Shown: positions 1 through 10,938 of the stretch, one piece after another
Layout: each line of letters starts with the position of its first letter
How positions within the stretch are numbered: position 1 is the stretch's first letter
Origin: Coniocarpon cinnabarinum
Lineage: Eukaryota
Length of the DNA stretch: 42,841 nucleotides
Direction: 5' to 3'
NCBI GenBank assembly: GCA_051942205.1
Contig: JAVECO010000075.1
Coordinates: 62,001 to 104,841, forward strand
Position numbers and translations under genes: made by a program
Notes under the pieces: generated by a model
What the model was told of the DNA's origin: nothing
Seen by the model: only the letters and a program-made list of their open reading frames with translations
Databases searched by the model: none

Positions 1-1
1 C

Positions 2-540
2 GGCGATGACAGTGCAATCTGGAGTCATCACTATTTCTTCTTCAACCGCCATCGTAAGCGCGTTTTGTATCTTTTCGTCCGTGGGTTGAGTATTCTCAGC
101 CACAGTCCCTCCCAGATCACCACGGCTGTGCGAATTCCTGTCAAACGAGCCCGTCCGACCTCATCCTATAGCCTTTCCTATCCGGACGCTGGGGCCAGCA
201 AACGTGCCAAGTACTGGCTAGGGGATCGCGCTACTGATGTCGAGGACGGCTGGACATACCACGATGACGATGACGTGATTGAGGATCCCGGCGATGACGA
301 AGTTGATGTCGACGAATGGCTGGAAAGCGAACCGTACGATGCTTACACGGAGACCGATGATGACGAGATTGAGGCCTGTCTCCGAGGCAAAAACTCATGC
401 CAAGGTATGCGATAGCAGCTTTTCGATTGCTCCCGAGACAAGCCATCTCTTCTCCGCATTCAGCGGTCACGCCAGGCCTTCACTGACAAACATTGCAATC
501 AGGCATGGATGAACATCTTGTCGAGACCATGGACCCTTGA
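2..540 (+). CDS. MAF1: Maf1, repressor of RNA polymerase III (5'-partial; exons <2-404 and 503-540)
   Basis: Frame 2 reads GDDSAIWSHHYFFFNRHRKRVLYLFVRGLSILSHSP, matching the Maf1 C-box WSxxYFFxNKxxKR. It continues through GASKRAKYWLG into an acidic tail. An intron GTATGC (405)..CTGAC..CAG (502) gives the C-terminus GMDEHLVETMDP*. Confidence 0.88.
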
Positions 541-1183
541 TTTCGGCAAATTCCAAGCAAACGAGCAACTCGTGCGCCCTCTCTCTGAAACTGTCTCAAC
601 ACTACTTTTGTATGATCACGATACCCAACGATGTATAACAGCGAAGCATGCGTGGAGTTGGTGGATTTCGCAGTTCGTATACTGCATGCCATTGCCAGGC
701 TGGGCGCGAATGGACTGTAATGCATTATGCACAATCGCAATGAGTGGAGTCATTGAAGGATGGGAAAATGCAAGGTTCATGCAATTGTAGTGATAGCAAG
801 CCCGTTCACGTTGTCGGCCTAGCTGTAATAACGAGCAGGCTGCGACCGAAGAGGCGCTCCTTCTTTGCGTGCGCCAGTGTTGAACACGTCTGCTACCTGC
901 TGGATGCCAGAGCTCTAATGTGACAACGTACTCGTACACTTAAAGATGCAGCACATGGAGCAGTATACTCTGTACCTATTTGTGAACTGCCCTAGCTATG
1001 GTGTGGCTCTCGTGCCGAGGACAGCCTTTTTGCAACCAGACTTCACTACTGTTCCCTTTCTTTCCCATTCATTCATGTTTGCGTCCTGCGAAGGAACTTC
1101 AAATGTGCCCATGACCTGTGATGGATGGGTAGCCGCTGTCCATCGGTGCATATCTTACCAGCGCAGCCTTCAATGACACAAAC

Positions 1184-2472
1184 ATGAATGGCTTCGCCCA
1201 CGCTCACCTTGAGCCGGATAACTTTGGACCCTCGGCCAACAGCACTCTAAAGTCGTTCGACGCCTTTCCCAAAACCAAGCAAACCTACCTCACTCGCGCC
1301 TCCAAGAATGGCGGCATATACACAGGGCTCCTGGTACTTTTTTGCGCATGGCTTACATCCACCGAGGTGACGAGATGGTTTAGGGGTACCACAAGCCATG
1401 CGTTTTCGGTGGAGCGTGGTGTGGGTCATGAGTTGAATATCAATCTGGATGTTGTGGTCCAAATGCATTGCGAAGATTTGCATATTAACGTCCAAGATGC
1501 TTCCGGCGACAGAATCATGGCTGGCGAGACGCTGCATAAAGACCCCACGTTATGGACAACCTGGACGACAGAAGCCGGTCGGAGGTCTATCAACAAGAAT
1601 TGGGGCGTGAGTGGCAGCAATCATGGCGCACGGGAGGAGGGAGGATCTGCGCAACAGGAGATGGCGCAATACAGGAGGGAGGAGGATGTTCATGACTACC
1701 TTGCGGCAGCGAGGGGCAAGAAGAGGTTTGTGGCTACCCCAAAACTCGGGAGAAACGTACAAGGAGACTCGTGTCGCATCTTTGGGACCCTGGAGGGGAA
1801 CAAAGTTCAAGGCGATTTCCACATCACGGCTAGAGGCCACGGATATGCGGAGATCGGCCAGCATTTGGATCATGAGAGTGAGTGTCCTTTCTTACAGATG
1901 TGCTCCTGTGGCAGCACTGACGTGGTTTTGGTACAGAATTCAACTTCTCCCACCACATCAATGAGCTCTCTTTTGGACCATTTTACCCCACACTTTTAAA
2001 CCCTCTCGACGCGACGACTACCTTGACAGAGCAGCATTTTTACAAATTCCAATATTATCTCTCTGTGGTGCCTACGATTTACACTGACGCGCTCTCCTCG
2101 CTGACATCCCTGGAACCGCCTGGTCCACGCGATGCACATTTCAATCCTTACGCTTTTGCGCCGCACACGATTTTCACCAATCAATACGCAGTAACCGAGC
2201 AGAGTCACGAAGTCCCAGAAAATACCGTCCCAGGCATATTTGTCAAGTTTGACATTGAACCCATACTTCTGACCATCAGTGAGGAGTGGGGAGGCTTGTT
2301 AGGGCTTGTGGTGCGATGTGTCAATGTTGTAGCAGGCATTCTTGTTGCCGGCGGCTGGCTCGTCAGTCTGCTTGATTGGACCGGAGACGTCATTGGAAAG
2401 AGGAGAAGACGAGCCACGTTGAGCGAAAGCGGGATCATTGCCGGGAGGGGTGAAAAGCAGGGTCTTGAATAG
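1184..2472 (+). CDS. ERV41: ER-Golgi cycling protein Erv41 (ERGIC family); exons 1184-1877 and 1937-2472
   Basis: Motifs LKSFDAFPKT, INLDVVVQMHCEDLHINVQDASGD, CRIFGTLEGNKVQGDFHITARGHGY, FQYYLSVVPT and PGIFVKFDIEP, with N- and C-terminal TM segments. Intron GTGAGT 1878..CAG 1936 restores HLDHEKFNFSHHINELSFGP. Confidence 0.93.
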
Positions 2473-2849
2473 AGCCGCGACTTTTACAGCATGTACGATA
2501 TTTGAACGTGACATGGATTGAACAGCGACTACATCATGATACACTTTGAGAAGATGAAAGCATCACCTTCACCAGACTTTGGACCACGTAGGGCCGGCCG
2601 TGTCTGTTGCCCGCATAGGAAGACGTTTCCCATGAGCGCTCATCTGCCCTGGTGCTACACTGATACCGCCGGCATGTCTCGTCGAAGGGCACATTCCATA
2701 GAACTCAAGACTGCTTTAAAGACTGCCCTGCTCCATGATCAAAGAACAACACACGCTAAACCGTATCAGGCCGTTCCCAATATCAACTTGAGCTTCAGCA
2801 GTCTCTGCAATTGTTTGTAATTATATCAACCTCAAGCACCGTCGCTTAG

Positions 2850-3593
2850 ATGTCCCCACATCTCCTCACCCTCCCGATCGAGATCCGCACCCAAATCTGG
2901 CATCTCGCCCTTGGTGATCCGTTTTACGACCCCAGCTCCTCCATCAACGCGCCTGTCAATGCCGATCATAACATTGGATTCGACGACGTCATCGTTCAGC
3001 CACCGAGGCCCGAATGTTGCGACGTTATTGAGCCATATTGGGGCTTGGAACCGATGACACGGCTTTTGCGAGTGAATCGTCAAATCCATGACGAAGCAAC
3101 ACGTGTTTTGTACGGGCACTTCATGTTCCATTTCGTGACAGAGCTCGACGAATGGCTGCTTGATGATTTCCTCGGCATCTTAAGTGGGCGGGCCAAAAGC
3201 CTGATTAGAGCCGTGGGCTTGCGCTTGCACGTTGGTCCCCAGAACTCTCGCTTAACCCATGGCTTCAAGCCGGTGAGGTATCATGCACAGCTGCGCCGGT
3301 TGCGAAACGCTCTGCCAAACTTGAACCTCGTGAGATGCGGAGTGGTGCTGCACTGTGATAGGCTGCCTTGGGCATCCATGAACGCAGGAGGACGAACCTT
3401 CGAGGATACCATGGAGGATGTGTGGGGCCAAGATGTATGGAAGTTCACCCAAGTGTTGTCGGGAATCCCGCGGATGGAGGCTTTTGTTATGCCAGACGTG
3501 AGGATACAGGATGGTGAATTGAGAAGGGTGGAGGCGTGGTTGGAGAGGATTATGAGGGCGGAGAATGGTGCATGGGCGCGCGAACAGGGATAA
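2850..3593 (+). CDS. Hypothetical protein with F-box-like N-terminal motif
   Basis: 247-aa ATG ORF with LLTLPIEIRTQIWHLAL and LLRVNRQIHDEATRVLYG, a pattern common in fungal F-box-like orphans. Confidence 0.75.
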   Translation: MSPHLLTLPIEIRTQIWHLALGDPFYDPSSSINAPVNADHNIGFDDVIVQPPRPECCDVIEPYWGLEPMTRLLRVNRQIHDEATRVLYGHFMFHFVTELDEWLLDDFLGILSGRAKSLIRAVGLRLHVGPQNSRLTHGFKPVRYHAQLRRLRNALPNLNLVRCGVVLHCDRLPWASMNAGGRTFEDTMEDVWGQDVWKFTQVLSGIPRMEAFVMPDVRIQDGELRRVEAWLERIMRAENGAWAREQG

Positions 3594-4038
3594 AGTTGAG
3601 TCTAAGCTGTTGGGTAAAACGAAGTGAATTGATGTACCGAGTCCCGGCGATTTGCACGGCTGCTAGACTTTGTGCAACGGAAAGACTTTGCTGACCGCCT
3701 GCATGGAAATGTATCTAGACATGATTGACTAAAGACTCAAATAATGTGTACATAGTATGAAAGCTGCGATTGCATTTCAAGGAGAGAAACGTCGCGATGA
3801 GCTAGTCATGATATGTAAGCTGCCCATCTGCCCTCCTCGACAATATGAACCAAGATCAGTCGGGTAACGTGTCCGACTCCATCCAATACGCCCCATGCTC
3901 TATAGTGATAAAATGTGCTGCAGGAGAATGTGACGCTCCATAGATGCTGTCCTCTACTATCTCATGCTCGATTACCAAGCTTCAGGTGTTGTTGCTATAA
4001 TTCTGGCCAAGAGCGACTTGATGAACATTCAATCCGGC

Positions 4039-5184
4039 CTATGCAGTAGCAGAATGAACGTCCTTATGCTTGCTGGTGTCTTGGGCACCCAGTGACGATG
4101 AAGTGATGGATGTTCTTGTTCCCGTCGTTTCAGTGAAGGGGTTCATGGGGGAGGCTCCTCCTTCTTCAATGTCACTGGAATCGCGCTTGGCCCGTGATAG
4201 TAATAGGGCGAGTCTGCCTTTTCTGAGCTTCGACTCACTGCTGGCGCCCACTGGTAGCTTCGGACCCTTATCAGCTTGCATGTTGTCGATATGTGCACCC
4301 GCCCACAGACTGGATAGCGGAAGGAAGATCACCGTCAATGTTAGCGTCTGTGTTCCTAACTCAGGCGCTTCTGTGAAATTTTGAAGAATGGCGAAAATGG
4401 CGGGGATGATCATTGTTTGACAGCCCATGATGAAGACAATCTCCGTTGGGCCAAAGTTCTGGAGACCCAGAGTGTTGCGGCGGCGTCTGAGAGCGACTGC
4501 GAGCTTGCCAACGAAAATGACGCTGAAGAATATGATGGAGGCCATGATCGTGTATGTGGAAGTCTTTTCGAGCCAGATTCCATACTCGAAACTTTCGGCG
4601 CTCATGACAGCTTTGGAATTTTCGATGCAGAGAGCAAGGCGGAATCCAAGCGCAACAACAACGAATATGGCACCCAAGGCGGTGATAACCCGTCGTTGTG
4701 GAGCTGGCACCGTGGGTGAGTTGACCAGACAGCGGACCTGCAGCGCCAGAGAGCCCTCTGCACAGATCAAGACGACGAGCGTGAAGACAATAGCTGCGAC
4801 AGAAGCACCATACTGACCCTGCGGCACCAAGCTGTAATCGCCAGAGAAGTAGGTGTAGAACTCATAGAATTGGCCGGTAAAATAGACGCACTGACAGATG
4901 CTGCGGATGAAGTTGAAGAAGAGAGCGAGAGTGTTGAGAATGAAAATAGCGCTGGTTCGCTTGTCTGGACGAGCGGTGAGGAGGAGACAAATGAGCAGAA
5001 TAAATGAGGCGCCAATCTGAGAGGCATAGTTGATGCAGACACGGACGCCGTAGGTCACGTAGTCGTCAATGTCGGTGATTGCGATTGGCACCGGGCCATC
5101 GGAAGGGGTCATGAGGGTAACAGTCTGTGTGTAAGGGTTGAAGGATGAATCACTGTCAGCGCCCATGGAGGAAACTGAAGCCAT
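4039..5184 (-). CDS. STE2: Alpha-factor pheromone receptor (Ste2/PreB family GPCR), 381 aa from the ATG at 5184
   Basis: FNPYTQ, INYASQIGAS, FILNTLAL, YFSGDYS, LGLQNFGP..IVFIMGCQTMIIPAIF and LPLSSLWA are hallmark Ste2 motifs. There are seven hydrophobic segments and a Ser/Thr-rich tail. No intron is needed. Confidence 0.95.
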   Translation of the reverse strand: MASVSSMGADSDSSFNPYTQTVTLMTPSDGPVPIAITDIDDYVTYGVRVCINYASQIGASFILLICLLLTARPDKRTSAIFILNTLALFFNFIRSICQCVYFTGQFYEFYTYFSGDYSLVPQGQYGASVAAIVFTLVVLICAEGSLALQVRCLVNSPTVPAPQRRVITALGAIFVVVALGFRLALCIENSKAVMSAESFEYGIWLEKTSTYTIMASIIFFSVIFVGKLAVALRRRRNTLGLQNFGPTEIVFIMGCQTMIIPAIFAILQNFTEAPELGTQTLTLTVIFLPLSSLWAGAHIDNMQADKGPKLPVGASSESKLRKGRLALLLSRAKRDSSDIEEGGASPMNPFTETTGTRTSITSSSLGAQDTSKHKDVHSATA

Positions 5185-5400
5185 GATCTTGTAAACGGTG
5201 ACGCTGGTTTTATATCCGAAGTGCGTAGGCGAACGGCGAAGTAACAAGTTTTGCACGACTGACGAGGATATTTTCTGAAGATAAAGAGAGTGCAAGAGCT
5301 CAGGGTGCTTCTTTTGAAATGGCGCTTGTTGAGTGAGATAAGACGTGAAGGAGATGCAGAGACCTGAGAGCAGTAGAGAGGAAGTCTTGCATTGCTCCAT

Positions 5401-5466
5401 ATTGTTCTACAACGAGCGCATTGGTTGGTTGTGCCGCATGGGAAGGGGATGTTTCAGATGAACAAT
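5401..5466 (-). promoter_or_regulatory. Candidate Ste12 pheromone-response element and HMG-box cores upstream of STE2
   Basis: TGTTTCA at 5450-5456 (TGAAACA on the STE2 strand), AACAAT at 5461-5466 and ATTGTT at 5401-5406. The motifs are short and could be chance. Confidence 0.35.
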
Positions 5467-6177
5467 ACGAAAGAAAGGAGCACATGGCGATGCTCCACCT
5501 GCTGACTCGCCCCTCTCGCATGGTCTAGAATAGCAAATACGGGGGTCCTGACCCGGTATCACATCCATGCTGTGCTTTGCGCGACGCTCTATTCTCATTC
5601 TGCCGCCAACGTCACGGGTGGTGTTGAGGGCAGAGGCGTGGCAAGGTGTTGATGCATGTGCGTTCGTATTGTGTTGGACAACATTTACTCGGGTAGCACT
5701 AGCCCGTCAGCCCCATACTTGCGCAACACTGGCATTTAAATCGTAAACAGTGTCTGGGCTGAGGAGCATTGGACGTCGACCACGTCCACTGCGCGCAGGG
5801 ATAGCCGTGAGGTTTGCGCGAGGATGCACTGGTTGATATTTGCAGGACACGTGACTGCGTTCGTGCGAGCATGACGGAACAAAGATTTGCCGAGATTCCT
5901 CCAAGCCGAATTGTCCCTCCGCCTGGTCGACTGATCCGCTCGCGAGTTTGGGCTCCTCCTGGCTTCAGCGCCATGCCTAGAACAGGCAGCTTTGTGAAGA
6001 CGGCGAGCAGATCTACCATGTCCATGACAGCAAGCGCGAAGTATGTCTGCTTGGCTCGCCAGCGACTCTGGGATGGTGGGTCACCTTCGATTGAGTGCCG
6101 CAGTCTGCGCGCACGTGAGAAGGCGTGAATATTGCCCGTCGACTTGACCAAACCGAGGTCGATCTGGCAAACACATC

Positions 6178-7734
6178 ATGACTACCAACGGACATCTTGC
6201 TGTCGGCAACATTCCTCTGTGGAGGGACAACCAGCCCCTGCCCATTGATCATGCTCGCTTGCAGCCTGTCACGTCCTCTACCACGGGCAAGAATGCGTTT
6301 CAATATCACTCGGCTACTGTCGACGATGCTGAAGAAGCCTGTCATTCCGCACGAGCAGCGTTCAAGACCTGGAAGCATTCCACTGTAGCCCAACGACGCC
6401 AAATCCTAAACAAATGGGCAGACATACTCGTTAGGGATGCCGAAAGGTTTCGAGGCTTGCAGAACGTCGAAACCTCTGCGGGTCCTCTCTGGACGCAGAA
6501 TAACATCGACGTCACTGTAGGCTATGTGCGCGAGATCGCCGCAGAGATTGGGCTGAACAGTGCTGGCACCATTCCAGCAATCGACCGACCAGACACGACT
6601 GCTTTCGTTTTTCGGGAGCCTGTAGGTACCATATTGATCATTCCGCCATGGAACGGCGCAATGGTTTTGGCTGGCAGAGCTATGGCTATGGCGATTGCAA
6701 CGGGTTGCACTACAGTTATGAAGGCTAGCGAGCTCTGTCCGGCAACGCATCATGCCATGGTAGAGGCTCTCGCAGAAGCTGGATTGCCCGCCGGCGTGCT
6801 CAATAAAGTTCAGGTTGCAAGAGCTGATGCTGCTCAAGGTGAGCCCGGTACAGTTTGAGAGATGTATTGACGATTCCTCACCTCCGCTGCAGTCACCGAA
6901 GCGTTGATCGCTCATCCTGCCATTCGCAAAGTCGATTTCATTGGTAGCGCGGCTGTTGGTCGCATTATTGGCGCAACGGCTGCAAAGCATCTGAAACCCG
7001 TTCTCATGGAGCTGGGGGGCAAGTCTCCCGCAATCGTGCTCGACGATGCGGATCTTGAGCAGGCCGCCGATCTCTGTGCTAAGGGCGCCCTCATTCACCA
7101 TGGACAGATTTGCTTCTCAACAGAGCGGATCATTGTCCACGAGAAAGTAGCTTCAAGGTTCAAAGAGCTTCTCGTCAAAGCCATTGACGACAACGCTCAA
7201 GTTGCTGGCTCTGCAGTCTCTCACGGCATCGCAGCGCATGCTCATGAAGTTCTCGAGGACGCGCAAGCGAATGGGCTTGAGTTTCTTACGGGCGGACCGG
7301 AATTTTTGGATGGAGACAACCGCATCTCGTTGAAACCTTCGATAATCATGGAACCCAAAGGCGATGCCCGAATCGTAGATGAGGAGACCTTTGGTAAAGA
7401 CTCATCCCACGCCAAAGGCATCTCCTGCTGACAAGCGCATGCAGGCCCATCAGCGTCGCTATACGTGGTCGCTTCCGATCAAGCCGCCATCGACCGCGCC
7501 AATGACAGCTCATACGGTCTCAACTCAGCCATTCACACGACTGACCTAGCACGAGGCTTGCGAATGGGCAGAGAGCTTGAATATGGGCAAGTCCACATAA
7601 ATAACATGACGATTCTGACTTTTCTGAGAGGACCCCAAGGAGGCGTGAAAGGCTCAGGCTGGGGTCGTGAGAACTCAAGGTGGGGTTTTGATCAATTTAC
7701 TCAGGAGAAGTTCATCACTTGGCGTGGTAAGTAG
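6178..7734 (+). CDS. NAD(P)+-dependent aldehyde dehydrogenase, salicylaldehyde/vanillin dehydrogenase-like; exons 6178-6838, 6893-7393, 7445-7734
   Basis: Motifs IPPWN, MKASE, FIGSAAVG, LMELGGKSP (catalytic Glu), GQICFS (catalytic Cys), EETFGP, YGLNSAI and GGVKGSGWGR. Two canonical introns (6839-6892, 7394-7444) restore the frame. Confidence 0.93.
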
Positions 7735-7754
7735 TCAGCCAAGAGGAGACTCTA

Positions 7755-8258
7755 TCAGACTGAGCCGTTCTCTGCTTCCCAACGGCGTCTGCGCGTCTCC
7801 TCATCGAATTCACGCTCCTTACGCTCGGCTTCGTCTTTGATTCGACCCATGCGCTGGCGATGCAGTTCCCGACGATTGAGCTCTCTATCACGTTCCTGTC
7901 TCCTTTGCTCTTCAAGGGATATGGGCTGCTTCTTTTGGTTGCTACGGCCAATTCTGGACAACACTCGCTTGTGAATCCGATGATGGCTGAGCCCTACCAT
8001 CTCACCCTGATCGCTGGTCGGTACTCGATTCAAGAAAAGCAATGCCGTCGTTTCATCCACCTGAACGTCCTCGCTCGAAGAGGCTTCATCGTCTCCCGTA
8101 ACTATTTCGCGTGTGCTGGCAACTGCTTCTTGTAGATGTTCATTGTCAGTCGGGGCATCTACATGATCTTCGCGCCGAGTAGGCTGCTGCTCATCGACAG
8201 TACTTTCATCAAGGTTCTCGTCTTCGTGGAAGCCACAGCACCACCACCAATTCCACAT
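7755..8258 (-). CDS. Small orphan protein A (167 aa), acidic middle and Arg/Glu-rich helical C-terminus; paralogue of 8701-9093
   Basis: ATG at 8258 (MWNWWWCCGF). The last 52 aa align without gaps to those of the neighbouring ORF. Confidence 0.65.
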   Translation of the reverse strand: MWNWWWCCGFHEDENLDESTVDEQQPTRREDHVDAPTDNEHLQEAVASTREIVTGDDEASSSEDVQVDETTALLFLNRVPTSDQGEMVGLSHHRIHKRVLSRIGRSNQKKQPISLEEQRRQERDRELNRRELHRQRMGRIKDEAERKEREFDEETRRRRWEAENGSV

Positions 8259-8700
8259 GCTTTTGGACGATGTAGAATCCTGCGTGCGAGAGATGATGTA
8301 GTAGGCGAGATTAAGGAGTCTGCAATATTTTCGAAGTATAGGCTGCCTAGATGGCAAAGAAAACACGCATATCGAAATCCGAATTGCATTCTCATGGTCT
8401 AGGAATACCGTGAGCAACATCGGTATCTCCAGCAATGCCTCAAACGCGTGTCCGTGCTTTGTTGGATTCAGCCTTGCCGTTTCAACCCTCGCGGATTGAT
8501 TTGGAAAAGATCGGCCGCCCAAATTCCGCGGCACGGCAACCACGGGTTTGCCTTGTAACAACAGACGGGGGCCATCGCATCTCGACATGGTCAAGTCTTC
8601 AAGGATTCGAGGACATGGTCCAATAGGGTGAATTTTACCAAAGCACTTGTTCAATGAACAATGGATGCGGAGAAGCCAGCCATTGCGTATTGCCGACTGA

Positions 8701-9093
8701 CTAGAGACGTCCATACACGGCCTCCCAGTTTCCCCTTCGTCTCTCTTCTTTTCGCTTCGCTCTTCCAATCTCTATTGAATCCCTGAGTTTTCGGATACGC
8801 TGTCGGTGCACCTCCCTCCTGTGCCATTCAGCGTCGACTTCATGCCTTCGGGCTTCAGCTGGCGACGGAGCCTGGTTTCGGGATTTGGAAGACTTGTGAA
8901 GTGGATGGACAGAGTGATGGTGCTGCACTCGCGCTGCTGCTTGTGGGGGCGCGACGACAATTGGCGGCGCCTCCACGATGATTGGCTGCGTGAGCCTGCT
9001 GCCATGCTTGTGGTGCTTATGACGCGGAGTCTCGTAATGACGACGAGTCTCGCGGCGAGGGTCCACACCGCAGAGAGCGAGAAGCCAGCTCAT
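8701..9093 (-). CDS. Small orphan protein B (130 aa), His/Arg-rich; paralogue of 7755-8258
   Basis: ATG ORF starting MSWLLALCG. It shares the RRExHRQR...EExRR..WEA..G C-terminus with the neighbour. Confidence 0.65.
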   Translation of the reverse strand: MSWLLALCGVDPRRETRRHYETPRHKHHKHGSRLTQPIIVEAPPIVVAPPQAAARVQHHHSVHPLHKSSKSRNQAPSPAEARRHEVDAEWHRREVHRQRIRKLRDSIEIGRAKRKEERRRGNWEAVYGRL

Positions 9094-9539
9094 GATGGGG
9101 GGTCAGCTTGTGCGGAAGCATGGACCTGTGTGGCCGGAAGGTCCGCGATACCCATGGTCTTATGTAGACTGTCGAGCCGCACGTCAATGAGCCAGACGGC
9201 ATATCTGCAGGCGAGCAGCCTTGGCCTCTTCCGCCTGCCGTCTGATGCACTGTGAGCATTGCATGGGGGGCTGAGCAGATATGTAACAAGATGGATGCAT
9301 CCCCTCCTTCCACAAATGACATGGGGCAGCCCCAGGTGCCCAGCCACAGCCACCGACGGCCTCACGGCTGTTGTCTGCATATTTCAAGCGACCTCTCGCT
9401 GCCTTCTCTGTCGCTCTCGACGCGTCGCTGATGGCCGGGCTGCGTTCGGCGACGTGGAGCGGCGACTGGTCATCCCCGCCACTTTCGATGGACACGCTCG
9501 CTGCTCGCTGAAGCCACCACACGCATCGCCCCCTTCAAC

Positions 9540-10474
9540 ATGTGCGATGTCGAGAAGGACGCACAAGCCGGGCCCCTCGAGGGCATCGCAGCGTTCAGCG
9601 CGCTCCTGGCCTCCGATCCTTCTCTTCAAGTGTACCGCTCCTTTCGGGAGCTGACTGCACGGAACCTGGTGTGCATGCAGTCCGAGCTGTTCGAGCTCGA
9701 GGACAAGCTCAAGGCGCTCGACGAGGACGACCGGCGCCTCATCGAGCTGGGGTCCGAGGATGCCGCAGATGCCCGGCAGGCGGCCAAGTCGTGGACCTTT
9801 GCCCTGCAAACAGGCCGGGACAAAGAGCGTGTAAAGATAACGCGGCAGATAAGGAGCTTGCTGGCGGACTATCGTGAGTGAACGCTTGCATCCGTCCTCC
9901 ATCTGCGAATCCCATCTGATCCATTCGCGCAACGCCAGAGGACGCCCTCCTCCGCCAGAGTCAAGTCCTTGCCCTCGAGCGCCCCGCCAAGCCGGTGCGT
10001 GTGAGCTTGCGAGATTGGGTGGCCCAGGAGTTTCCCTTCATTGGCAGGGAGTCCACTCTCTTCCAGCGCTACGAACAGGACATGGTTGCCCTTCGTGTGC
10101 CCCCCGAGGAGGACCGCCTGACAGCTTTTCTGACTCCACTCCTCGGGAGAGTGTTGCGCAAGTCAGGCAAACATGATCATAGCTCCCGCGAAGCCGGCCC
10201 AGTCATTGGATATTACTCGGAGACGGTCACGAGGCATGTTGTCTCGACGGTGAGTGCACTCATTGCTGCAGCACTCTTGATTGGCGCCATCGTTGCTTTG
10301 TACGAAGTGCAGACAGCAGGCGTAAAACTGCTGCTAGTCGCTGTCTTTACGATGATATTTGCCGCAAGTGTAGGCGTCTTGACGGGCGCTCGAAGAGCGG
10401 AGATCTATGCCAGCACCGCTGCGTACGCTGCTGTCCTGGTCGTCTTCATTAGCGGCAACATTCAAGACGGTTAG
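9540..10474 (+). CDS. DUF6594-type membrane protein; exons 9540-9873 and 9939-10474
   Basis: GIAAFSALLASD..VYRSFRELTARNLVCMQSELFELE, DMVAL, three C-terminal TM helices and EIYASTAAYAAVLVVFIS match the recalled DUF6594 pattern. Intron GTGAGT 9874..CAG 9938 joins the two ORFs in frame (YQDALLRQSQVL). Confidence 0.85.
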
Positions 10475-10938
10475 GAGGACCTCGCCAATCTTTGCAGATT
10501 GCGGGTCTGAGCACATGAGCTGATAACTCGAGGCCTGAGCGCCTTGCTCAGACATTCTGACTTTGTTGCAGCGCCACACTCTCCCTGGGCAGGTGATGGG
10601 TCAGACGTCCGTTCCGGATTTTCGCGTCAGAGCAAGGCCTGTGGCGGCACCAGTAGCATGACGTCTACACCTCTATCGCAAAGAGTGTGCGCGCTCTGTC
10701 TGAGCAAAGACGCATCTCATGCCTATATTATACGACAAAGTCCTTGAAAAGACTTGCAAAGCTAGCAATTCATCAAGTGAAAGCCAACTTGTCGTTTACA
10801 GTTCAAGAAAAGCCTCCTTGAGGATCCAGCATACAGCAACGTTGACTATTGATCTGAAACACTGAACTACTGCAATATTAGTGTGTCGTTTTGCCCCGTA
10901 CGCCGAAAGCAATCAGCAGTACTCCTACGCACACTGTC

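Noticed and set aside
54..115. Apparent GTAAGC intron donor near the window start
   Set aside because: The sequence reads through as the conserved Maf1 RKRV motif.
8259..8768. N-terminal 170 codons of the 337-aa ORF 7755-8768
   Set aside because: It overlaps the neighbouring gene's 3' end in another frame and lacks protein-like features. The paralogue comparison favours the ATG at 8258.
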